In this document: positions 22,255-32,969 of the stretch, piece after piece
Position numbering within the stretch: the first letter of the stretch is position 1
Layout: each line of letters begins with the position of its first letter
DNA from: Trypethelium eluteriae
Taxonomy: Eukaryota
Assembly: GCA_051942245.1 (NCBI GenBank)
Contig: JAVECL010000191.1
Coordinates: 1-37,953, forward strand
Direction: 5' to 3'
Length of the DNA stretch: 37,953 bases
The notes under the pieces: generated by a model
Seen by the model: the letters and a program-made list of their open reading frames with translations, nothing else
What the model was told of the DNA's origin: nothing
Database searches by the model: none
Translations under genes and position numbers: made by a program

Positions 22255-24086
22255 TCACTATCAATGATTAGTCAAATGGTAGTGCCATGCTGGATTTTAT
22301 GATTTACCATAATCTCATCCTCCATACCATCACCAGCACCAGCGGCCTGAGCAGCGCTGCTATTGCCTCCGGTGGCAGCAGCATCATCACCGAAGTAGTC
22401 GGCCATTTCCGCGTCCAACTCTTCAGTGGTCTTCGCTTTGCGACGATTGGCGTTGCGGCCGCGAGCTGGACCTTTCTTGCCGCCGGAAGACTTATTGTTC
22501 GAACCGTTACCCTGCTTAGTCTGAGCCTTGGACTGAATCTTTGCTGCCGCGGTGGCAGGCTTGGGTTTCGCAATGCGCTCGCTCAAGGTCTTGGGAGCAG
22601 GAGCTTGCTTAGCGTCGATAACAAGTTCGATCTATAAGATTTAGCTTCAGCATCGGAGTGCATGGTGAATCCACAGACCTTCATAGGACGGCCGTCCACC
22701 AGAACTCCGTTGAGATCCTTAGCAGCCTGCGCAGAACTTTCTGGTTTGACGAAGGCAATGGTGCAAATACCACGGCTGGCACCGTTGGGTCCATAGGTGA
22801 GAAAAACCTGCCTGACAGGACCAATGTTTTTACCAAAGTATTCCTACAGAAAAGGGCGTGTGTTAGTCCATCATCTCAAGTAAGTTTGAGAAGACACGAT
22901 TTGCGCGAGCGGGAAAAAACCTGGAAATAGCGGAGAAACACGGCGCGTTCGACTAGGTAGGGCCAAGCGTCACATATCCAAAGCATAGGTAGCAGCAGCA
23001 GCAGCGAGCAAGCAGTGACTGTCAGTGATCGCAGCATCTTGTCTAGCTCAGGTTCGGAAAGACAGCTTCGTGGAAGATTGCGAGTCGTCTTGACAGTTCC
23101 ATCCACACCAGCTTGAGATTCCCGTCATTGCAGCTGGCAGATGTGATGTTTGTGCGATGGAGAAATGCCTGCAGAGTCCATCCTCATTTCCTGCTGAGGT
23201 CTTATAAATCCTTTCTGTTCAGTCTCATCGAAGTTGCCATGATGCAATGAGCTCGAATGGGGTCTTTGTATCATAATGCGAAGGCCGGGAGGTGTACAAT
23301 GTTACACGTCCACGGTCAACATGCTGCAGAATCACCGCTGTGCTCGCTGCTTTTGGTGCTTGGAGAAGGACGTCACAAGACCGGTCTGCCGAAGCTTTTG
23401 GTCGATCTCGGGTGTCTGCTCTTCAGCTACCACTCCATCTGATCGTCTGCGCCAATAATCACGAGTACTGCTTGCCAGGCAGGTAAACGGTGATATGACT
23501 TTTCCCAAGACCGATCGCTTCACTTCTGCGCGATGTTCTGCTTCAAGCTTTGACGAGCGAGCAAGAACAACGCAGGGATATGGAGCGAGCCGGACTTTTT
23601 AGGTGCATGAGGGCATGCATTCCACCAGCGGAAATATTGTGTTTCTCGAATAACAAATGTTTCAATAGGAATCGCGCGACGGGAACCCCCAGCGAGGAGT
23701 CGAGTAAAATATTCGAAGGCTTGCACGGCCTACGCGTGGAAACATACCTTGATCTGCTTTTCGGTCACATCCGCAGGCTAGCAAAAGTCAGTACGCAAGT
23801 CTTTGAATTCTACGTAGAATGGACTGACCAAGTTGCTAACAATGATTTTGCTTTGTCCCTGGGTTCCAGAAGGTCCAGCAGGCGGGTCTGCCTGTTTAGC
23901 GGCGGCCTTATTGTTGCCAGTATTCTTCTTGTTAACGCCATTCGCAGGCGCGACAGTTTTCACGGTAGTCTTGGTGGTGCGGACTACGGGACGGCGGCCA
24001 CGAGGTCCACGAGGGCCACAAGCAGGACGGCCGGCACGGCGCGCGGTGAGGATTTCATCGAGAGATTGATTCAACTGATCAGCCAT
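22255..24086 (-). CDS. YRA1: RNA-annealing mRNA export adaptor Yra1/Mlo3 (ALY/REF)
   Basis: Predicted exons 24086-23829, 23777-23748, 22843-22679, 22631-22308, 22257-22255 (stop codon only). N-terminal REF motif MADQLNQSLDEIL. RRM KIIVSNL|PADVTEKQIK|EYF...YGPNGASRGICTIAF...LNGVLVDGRPMK|IELV. C-terminal REF motif KTTEELDAEMADYF. Confidence 0.95.
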
Positions 24087-24957
24087 TTTTCGAAGGTTGA
24101 CAATGATGTCGATGGATGGTATGAAGCTGTTGAAATGACAAGTTGGTGGCAAATGAAGTTGCTAAGAGCAACGAAATTGTCACCGAAGAGAAGCGCAGAT
24201 GAAGAGTCGAGGTTTCGAAGTGGGATGAGCAGGCTTTAAATAGTGGAGCGCGCACAGTATCCCGTACGTGGAAGCGGTGGCAGTGAATGCGAGGACAGGT
24301 CTCACTGGCGTGTGAGGGCCAGTGAATGCTGCGTGAGCGCGTCGCGCGTGGTGGCGGCAGATCAACAATGATCGGTGGGCAAGAAGGCGCAAGATGCCCG
24401 TAAAGATTTGCTTTGGCGTGCTGGCAAAGCCGGGCAAAGTGATAAAGAAGACACGCTGAGTGAGGACGAAGTGTGGGAGATGAAGTGAGGATGCAAACGG
24501 GCTCTGGGTTAAGAGGAAGGCGTGGTGCACGGCCGCTAGGCAGAAGCATGCACGCCCCTGGCCCTTGCGCGCGCTAGTACCACATCCGGAAAGCGTTCGT
24601 GGTCAATAGCTTCAATAATTATCGAATGGCAGAATGATTCCTTTGGCGGTTGGAAGTCAATAAGGCTACGGGTAAAAGCAGATCTATTTGCATCAACATC
24701 TTTATTGCCTTGGAAACTTCTAATGAGAGAATGCAAGCTCTCAGAAAGGGAGCACGGCCCAACCTGTTTGAGCAAGGAACTTAATAAATATTAGATCCGA
24801 AAGACTTGCAGCCTAGGTATACAGCGCCATTCGCCTGGTAGTCCAATCGTCAGAAGCATGATGCGGTAAAGGAACTCGACAAGATGCGGTGTAGTTTCGT
24901 CGTAGCAAGCTCGCATGCTTATGAAGCTTATTGGGATAACTTCCTGCCAAAGTAGCC

Positions 24958-25700
24958 TCAACTTTTCAAAGCCTCTAAGCGCCCCCTCATCTGCTCTAGT
25001 AGCTCTTGTGAATCCTCCTCGCCTTCTTCCTCTACAGCTGGCTGTGCGGTAGCAACCTCCTCCGTCGTTGGTGTCTCTGCTGCTGGTGGTAACTTGTCTT
25101 TGAGGACTTCACCTAAGACTTTATCTACCTCCGTCTCAGCTTCCTCGTCTTCTCCTTCGAGAATTTGATCCTCTGGTAGACTGTCGCCAACCATTTCTTC
25201 AATGATACCAGCTCTCACCAGCTCTTGACTGAGCTCTCTCATTGTCCCGGTCAACTCCGGTAGTCTAACTAGGGTATTGACATCTTTCATAATACCTGTT
25301 GACGCCCTGATGCTGCCTTCGATCTTCCGAACTGAGAAGGCTTCGTTAACCTGCATTTGTACACTCTGTAGTTGCGCTTTGCTCGTCTGAAGACGTGCGT
25401 TCTGCTTCCGTACTCGGATGAGTTCCTTCGCGAAGATTCTGGTTTCTTGTGATGCTTGGTTGGCTTGGGATGGGTTCCGCTGGGCACGTTTCGAGGCTTG
25501 CAGGATGAAGGTTTTCGTTTTTCCCTCCAGTTGTTTCAATTGCATGATATCGCGATCGAGCTTGCGAACATTCGCCCTAACAAGGGCATTGCATTTGCGC
25601 TTCTACGTCCGCATTAGTCCAGACTTTAGCGATACTTGTTCCTGGCTCTCACCTGTTCCTCGGGAGTAGGTCCCCATATTGCATGCCTAACTGCTTGCAT
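24958..25700 (-). CDS. VPS24: ESCRT-III subunit Vps24 (CHMP3)
   Basis: Predicted exons 25700-25653 and 25602-24958. MQAVRHAIWGPTPEEQ|KRKCNALVRANVRKLDRDI...IFAKELIR...VNTLVRLPEL..MRELSQELVRAGIIEEM, ending in a MIM1-like MRGRLEALKS. Confidence 0.95.
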
Positions 25701-26307
25701 GGCACACTAAGCCAGGTAGACAAGCTCGATAAAGACGTTGTCTGAGCGTGGTGGCAGACTCTTTCTATTGCAGTATTTGGACTAGCACTTCTCGGAAATT
25801 TAAAGCCATCCCGTTTGTACGGAGTATTAATTAGATGCTTCAGGTATTCCAGGCTCGGCGCATAGCTGCGCACGCTGGGATAACCACTAGAGCGCACGGG
25901 CCCTGTATCAAATGGGTGACGTTATTGCGTGGGGTATTTAGGTACAGCTCGAAAAGGGAAAATGGCTATTTTGCGTGCAGCAACATTTAATGCTCCACTG
26001 GATAGGAATATGAATGCATCAAATCAGTTCTAAATTCCAGGGCGTATCAAATCCCTGCCTAAGACTTTGCATCACGAGCCGCTCAGAGAGTGAAGCGAAC
26101 GAAAGGGTGGGCGGTTGCTGCCATTCGATTTCGATCAGCTTCTTGGGTGTTCGACATACATCTTGCACCCCAGCCTCGTGCGCTAATTCAAACTTGCATC
26201 AACACACCCCAACTCCGGACAAACTCTCTCCCTCAGCCTTAAAATTCCACTACCTCTCATCTGGACCCACGTATTTCTCCCTTGGCATACAATCCCTTCT
26301 TGTCAAG

Positions 26308-27190
26308 ATGTCTCAAATAACGCCTGAAGGTGAGTCCTATCCCATCCGGTCCAAACCTCAAAATTCCCCAAGGCGCCAGTCAAATGGTGCCGAACAACGG
26401 AAAACAAAAATTGCATGCCCAACGTACATTTTCCTAGCTGCACCGCTAACGAATACAATCAATAGTACTCTGGGCTCAGCGCTCTTCCAGTACTGACGCT
26501 GAGAAGAATCATGTGTTTCTCACCATTTCCGTTCCTGATGTGCCTGCCAAGAGCATGAAGCTCGACATCCAGCCCACTAAGCTTACGTTTACTGGCCATT
26601 CTGATACTAAAAAGGCCGACTATCATGTTGAGCTTGAATTCTACGCGGAGATCGACCCCAAGGAAAGCAAAGTGCATCATACCGCGCGGGATTTAGAGAT
26701 GGTCTTGCGCAAGAAGGAGCTCAAGGACGAGTACTGGCCTCGCCTACTCAAGAATTCCCAGAAGATGCACTTTTTGAAGACGGATTTCGACAAGGTAAGC
26801 ACCAGATTGAGTATGCGATTGGGTGACTACGGAGCTGACAATCATCAGTGGGTCGATGAAGACGAGCAAGATGCCGCGCCAGATGATGATGACTACATGA
26901 GCAAGATGGGTGGCATGGGCGGCATGGGTGGTGACGGTGGATTTGGCGGCATCGACTTCTCAAAACTTGGCGCTGGGGCTGGTGGTGCGGGTGGCATGCC
27001 AGACCTGGGTGACATGGGCGCCATGGGCGGTATGGGTGGCGATGAGGATGAGGATGATGAGGATGAAGACATGCCTGAGCTGTTGGAGGATGAGGGTAAG
27101 TCTGGTGGCGACGCAGCGAAGACCGAGGGCTCCTCAAGTGAGACTGGTGCATCGGCAACGACGACCTCAAAGATACAGGAGGTGGAGTAA
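26308..27190 (+). CDS. SBA1: Hsp90 co-chaperone p23 (Sba1/Wos2)
   Basis: Predicted exons 26308-26329, 26466-26794, 26849-27190. PEVLWAQRS, YWPRLLK and LKTDFDK|WVDEDEQ signatures, with a GM-rich acidic tail. Confidence 0.96.
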
Positions 27191-27556
27191 CGCTATTTCT
27201 CCCCACACGGCGTCTTGTAGATGAAGCGCAAGGATACGAGGCGAACCTCTTCGTATGATGACTTGTCTGCATACAGCCTTGGCTTGGCTATCAGTCAGGA
27301 ATTTTCGGAGCTTTGGCGAACTGCTTCCGTGTCTGTGAGCTCTCAGGAACAGCTTTGAACATAAATTCATCTTACAGCAGATGTCGCAAGAATTTCGTTC
27401 CCGTCCAGTGACAGAAACTTGAACTTACGGAAGTCAATAGATAACATTTCAGAACATAATGTTTTTGCACGGATAATTCCACTGTCGTGGCCTTGTTTGT
27501 TATTGTCAACTTATGTACTTTGAGCTGGCAACATTCTATGGTACGAGGAGCGCCTT

Positions 27557-28456
27557 CTATCTATCCTGGTTGAAGTTGACACTGTAGCCACCACTCTTCT
27601 CGTCCTTGACAAACTGAAAATTATCTGTACTTAGCCCAAACGGCTTCAAGATCCCATTCCCCAAATCCTTCAACTTTCCCATCATATCTCCCATCTCCTT
27701 GCTCTTCGCCTCTTCCAATCGTGGTGGTAGTTCCCTTAAAGCTTTGTCCACTGCCTTCTTGTCCGTCGCCTGCAACTCTTGCATACCGATCAACTGCTTA
27801 TAATCCTCTTCTGCCCCCTGCAATGCCGCCCATCCACCCGTCTCCATCCTTGCTCTCGCCCGGCGCAATAGGACTTTGATCCGTATCCGTTGGACATCCC
27901 CATGATTCCTTCCGCTCTTCTCAAAGGCCTCGATACGCGCCGCCGTTTGCTCATTAACTTCCTCTACTGCTTCATTTTCCCCGTCCTTTCCCACTGCTGT
28001 GGTAGTCTTCGGCGTTGGGTCTACCCTCTCCAGCCCTTCCAAGCTCCGATCCGCTGCTTCAATAGCCTCCTTCCATTCGCTCAGCTTGATATGACATGCC
28101 GCAATGTTGCTGCGTAAGACCGCGAGCTCGTAGTCAAGATACGCAGGGCAGGACGCCAGGGCCTTGTCGTAGGTCTGAATGGCTTCCCCATAAGCGCCGT
28201 GCGCGAACTGCGTATTTGCTGAGGCTTTATGCGCGTTGGACTCGGTGACGAGGTTCTACTCGACCGAGACAAAGGTCAGTTTTCTAGCGGTATGAAAGGG
28301 CTATGCGAGGAGGAGGAAAGGAGACCATACGGCTTCTTCTTCTGGGGAGAATTCCTCATGCGAAGCGATTTCAGAGCGCGAAGAAGTTGTAGGAGGAGGT
28401 CGTTTATGCTGCATTGGAATTGGCGTTGGCGTTGGCGTTGATGTTTCTTCAGGCAT
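27557..28456 (-). CDS. TPR-repeat protein (TTC1-like)
   Basis: Predicted exons 28456-28331 and 28255-27557. TPR motif KASANTQFAHGAYGEAIQTYDKAL...LRSNIAACHIKLSEWKEAI and the C-terminal MMGKLKDLGNGILKPFGLSTDNFQFVKDEKSGGYSVNF typical of TTC1 homologues. Confidence 0.9.
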
Positions 28457-28923
28457 TGCGGAGGAAAATCTATGCCAGGCTGTAAATATTATTTGGATAT
28501 CTATATAGGAAGAAGCGTATGGGAGGTCAAGACCACATTTGCGGCCGCTCAAGCTTTGTTTGGTCGATTGAATGGGGGGCACCTAAGGTACAAAATACCT
28601 AAGCGGTTAAGAAGAGGCCTATCTGAACCTTAAAGCCTACGCCGTATCGTAATAAGCCGGGGCCGAATTGGCTTTCTCTCCAGGCGACTTCCAGGGAACA
28701 GAATCTGCACCTCTTTCTTCAACTCGTCTGTCTGCGTTTTATTTTTCGACATGGTCTGATTATCGAGATCATAGCCTCCGAATCTGAGGAGTGTGCAACT
28801 TGAACTAAGTCTGTGCACGGCAAGATGGTCGAGACCACTCCTAGGGCGTCTTCGCTTTCCGACCTGCTTTAAGATACATGACAGTTACCTAACACATCCA
28901 ATGCGTTCTATGCCGGATTTGCG

Positions 28924-31401
28924 ATGGACAGGGCAAATTCGTTGCTCTGTAACGAATGCTCGTCTCTCGGCCTGTGTCGGAAAGACTTCGAATTGCCTGC
29001 CCATATTCCTACAAAAGCCAACAAAGTACTCCTAAGAGGAACCGTTGCTGGCTTAAAAAAGAATATTTTCAGATGTCAATTGTGTCGCCTTATACTTCGT
29101 GCGTTACAGCTGAATCAACAGCGTGATCCATATATGTTACAGGATGGAATAGAATGGGAACTCACCCGCTTCACCAGCTCGATCGAGTATGCCCACGTCT
29201 CGCGTGCTGTCACAAAGAATCAGGTGGGATCGGCATTGTATCCCATGCTTAAGCTGCCTCTTGCTGGTAGATTCTATGGCATTCAGCTCATCGATGACAA
29301 GCATACAAGCTCCTTGCTTCGGGGCCGACTTGTTGATGAGGAACCGGATATTGCAATGGTTCGCAATTGGATCAAGCAGTGTCAAACCATCCACGGAGAA
29401 TCATGCAAAGACACCTACCTTCACATCCGTGAACGCCAACGCGATCTCCTTGTTATTGATGTGGAAACAAATTGCTTGGCTCCGCTGCAAGAAGACCTGC
29501 CTTATGTTACCCTCAGCTACGTCTGGGGTAGCGCGAACAGGACAACGACGCTTAAGTCAAATGTGCATCTATTTTCCCAGCCCAATGGGCTTCTTAAGAA
29601 AGGCCTCCCAAAAACGATCTCTAATGCGCTCGAGGTTACGAAAGCGTTGGGCTACCGATATCTATGGGTTGACGCCCTCTGCATTGTGCAAGATGACGAT
29701 GTCTCTAAGAAACGTATGATTGAATCGATGGATTCCGTCTATGGAAATTCAGCCATTACCCTAGTTGCTGCGACTGGAGAGCATGCCGATGCTGGACTTT
29801 CTGGATGGGATAAGACTTGCCGAAAACTGCCGTGGGAGGATGTCGAGACCATCAGATCCGACTTCCGAATTGGCCTGGTATCATTCTTCGAAAATGAGAT
29901 AGAAGATTCTCCTTATTCTAGGAGGAGCTGGACGTATGTCATTTTTTTATCCTGTAAATTCTGATACCCCCTCCACTTTCAATTATTCCAGTCATGCATG
30001 GAGATGAGCCCAATCTACTAATGGAGCCATCATATTGGACAAAACTCGTGTTGATTCATGACGAAACAGTTTTGTTTGTTGATATGCTTGAGATATCTAC
30101 TGTTCTGTCATTAACTGCCTTGACTGATTGATGACAGATATCAAGAAGAGATCCTTTCCTCCCGCTGCCTGGTCTTCATGAATGGTCGCATCTTCTTTTA
30201 TTGTAGAGCAGCCTTATGGAGAGAGGATCTCATGGCGGAAAGCGAAAAGATCGTTTTCGCAAGTAGATTCAGCACTGGTATTTCACGTCAATGGCCAGAA
30301 CCACTCAAGAGACTTTCGGAGCATATTTTTGTGTACAGCTCACGAGAAATGACATATTTAAGTGACATTGGCAGAGCCTTTGCTGGAATACATAACGCAA
30401 TTGCCCCACTTATGAATGGAAGCATGTTCTTACAGGGTATTCCTACTGTAGCCTTCGACTGGGCTCTTCTATGGGGAGCTTATCCAGGCCACCATATTCA
30501 AAGACGCCCTGGCTTTCCAAGCTGGAGCTGGATGGGGCATGTAGGCCGAATAGTTATGCCCGAATCTTCTTCAGAATCACCCGTTCTCGTGCAAAAGTGG
30601 CTGCGGGAGAAAACCTGGATCAACTGGTACTATGCTAGTGATGGAATGGTGAAGCTCATTTGGGAAATTAACTCTCGATCAGGACTTCCCTCGGCTAAAG
30701 CTTCTTACGCTGAAGAGCAGACTGGTAACAAAAGAAATGTAATAAGACCCAAAATACAAATTACAACAGGAGACACCGATAGCCTTCATTCAGCAGATGG
30801 GATCGGAAAGCTCGGCGAGTTATATGGTCGTGAAAAGAGACATCTGCCCGAATTAGGATTGACACTGCCCTCCTCCGAAAGTCACTCGTTGATACCGTCC
30901 ATTCCGCATGAATACCTTGACTTCATGACATTTTCATGTAGATACTATCTTTCTCAGCCTTTGGATCCGAATCGAGCCGAAATCTATACTTCCAACTGCT
31001 TTGTCCTCAAAGATTCAAGGCTGGACACGTGCGGAATATGCCATGATGACCATAATCTCTTCGGCTCAGGTTGGGCGTCGGAGGGCCAGATTTGTGAGGT
31101 TATCCTGTTGTCCTATGCTCTTGGTCAGTCCAGAGACTTGGGAGCCTATCGATTTGCACGTCTGAATATTCCAGCAATGTATCGACTTCTTAGCCCAGAG
31201 GAAGGGTTCGCTGAGAATTTGATCCTGGATGACGACGAAGATACACAATGGGACTCAGAGGATATGCTGAACGTCATGCTCATACGATCATCTTCAGAAG
31301 ATCTTCAAGTCTACGAACGAGTCGCCATTGGCATACTACATAAAAGGGCTGTGCAAAATTCCCTCGAGCCAGTCTGTTATAGAAGAGTTATCTTGCATTA
31401 G
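28924..31401 (+). CDS. Heterokaryon-incompatibility (HET) domain protein
   Basis: Predicted exons 28924-29933 and 30138-31401 (204-nt intron). HET motifs YVTLSYVWG, LPKTISNA, YLWVDALCIVQDD, MDSVYGNS and, across the splice, RSWTYQEEILSSR. Downstream FPSWSWMG; N-terminal CxxC pairs. Confidence 0.93.
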
Positions 31402-31780
31402 CCCTGGGGTTTTAATGCTAACGGTATCGTTGGAACACATTAGCACTGCCATGACCCAAGAAAGTGAAGACAGCGAAGAATTGCATAGTATCTTGGCACG
31501 TCCCACTCGCTACAATACCAGCTTTTGATTCTTACAATTCTCCTTCGTGAGGGCAGCGGCAGGATGTCTATTGTACTTCCTGCCGCCGCAACTGTTGGAA
31601 TTCACCATCTAAGCTCATACCTAATTGAGCAGTGCCATGGCACAAACGAAAAAGCATTCGGGCCAGAGGAAAGGGACTGGAGTAAGAGTGGCATTACTTG
31701 CCCTTCTCTAGTGGTCCTGGGCCATGCTCAGCTTAGACCATAGCGATGGCAAAGGCAGCGGCGGTATTAGTAAAGCAACA

Positions 31781-31963
31781 ACCTTACGGCGGCTGGAGGT
31801 TTCCTCAACAGGTAATCAACACAATGTTATTTTGAATTCACTGTTGAGACCTTGTTGGTCCATGTTAACACCGCCTCAACATGGGCCAATATGGTCATAA
31901 CAGTTGAACTGAGGTAACATTGTATTGATCACCTGTTGAGGAACCCCCCAGCCGCCGTAAGGT
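31781..31963. mobile_element. 183-bp foldback (MITE-like) element made of two inverted arms of about 85 bp
   Basis: Left arm ACCTTACGGCGGCTGGAGGTTTCCTCAACAGGTAATCAACACAATGTTA... pairs with the reverse complement of the right arm ACCTTACGGCGGCTGGGGGGTTCCTCAACAGGTGATCAATACAATGTTA... The outer 16 bp match perfectly and there is a short central loop (CACCGCC). The inverted repeat is certain; the MITE call is inference. Confidence 0.7.
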
Positions 31964-32316
31964 ACAGAGAGCGTACAAGACGGGGGAAGGATCCAAGAAG
32001 AAGCAAAGGCTGGGTTCCTTTATCAGACAATCTGAGGATGTTTGGATAATGCTGATACAGTCATACGGCGTCGTGAATCAAAGGAGAGGAGTCAAGAGAT
32101 AGCAAATGGTAAGTATCTAAGCGCACTCTAAGCGCACAATGATCGCTCTATATCAAGGCAACGATACTTCGACAAGAAACCGGCAAATATAGACATAGAA
32201 TTTAATCTCAGAACAGCACACGAGATGTGGCAAAAATGAAGAAAGAAAAACTATATACAGTGGAGGAAGAGCTCAGCCAAGAAATATCACGGAGCCTGCC
32301 TTACTCTTTTTAGTCA

Positions 32317-32969
32317 TCACTTGTGTTCACGGATACACTCGCCGTATACCTGTGCCCGTCAATTAGCCGTGCCTTCATGAAGAAATGCAAAAGGTTAACT
32401 TACAGCGCCAAATGCAGTTACCACCCAGCCCCCAAATCCTCCACAGTGTTGCCAGATTTTCTCCATCATCTCGTTGCACATATCGGTATCGATCAGCCAA
32501 TAATCCTCATCCCAGTCATGGTAAGGTTTATGGTGGACTTCCACGTTGGCTTAGACATGAATGGCGACGTCAGCATTATTTCCTCGCTCTCATTACGAAA
32601 TCAACTGGAACGGTTTAGCGACTAACCGAAGAATACCTGCTCACCGCCTACTCCATCAGGCACATGGGCGTATTTTTCCGCATAGTCCGTTCCTATTGGC
32701 GCAGCGACTCCTGCATGGAACTGCGAGCAGTAATACGCCGAGGCATTCAGGAAACTGTTGTATTCGAAGAACCTGCAAGGCTTTCCATACACGTCATCTG
32801 AATGTGTAAGTTAGCTATCTCGCAGTAAACAAAGGACTACCGACTTACTCTCCCAATGGCAGCCATCCTCGGCTGGATTGTGGACGACGCGCCTCTCGTG
32901 CATGTTATCGGGCGTGGGAAGGCTGTGCGATACACCGACGAGGGCGGCTACCACCAAGGAGATTCTCAT
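32317..32969 (-). CDS. Small secreted cysteine-rich protein, 156 aa, 6 Cys (possible KP4/Ecp2-like fold)
   Basis: Not in the ORF track. Exons 32969-32849, 32797-32627, 32549-32404 and 32349-32317 join in phase (471 nt). Product: MRISLVVAALVGVSHSLPTPDNMHERRVVHNPAEDGCHWENDVYGKPCRFFEYNSFLNASAYYCSQFHAG...DMCNEMMEKIWQHCGGFGGWVVTAFGAVYGECIREHK. Confidence 0.8.

Noticed and set aside
24145..24153. Perfect PACE/Rpn4 9-mer GGTGGCAAA upstream of YRA1
   Set aside because: Single hit, about chance level for a window this size, probably within the 5' UTR, and YRA1 is not a known proteasome-regulon gene.
22876..24239. ORFs within or antisense to the YRA1 long intron and exon 1 (including 229 aa at 23550-24239)
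   Set aside because: No protein motifs; explained by the YRA1 structure. A search by eye for C/D snoRNA boxes in the intron found nothing convincing.
28420..28440. (TGGCGT)n hexamer repeat
   Set aside because: Simply encodes the TPTPTP linker of the TPR protein.
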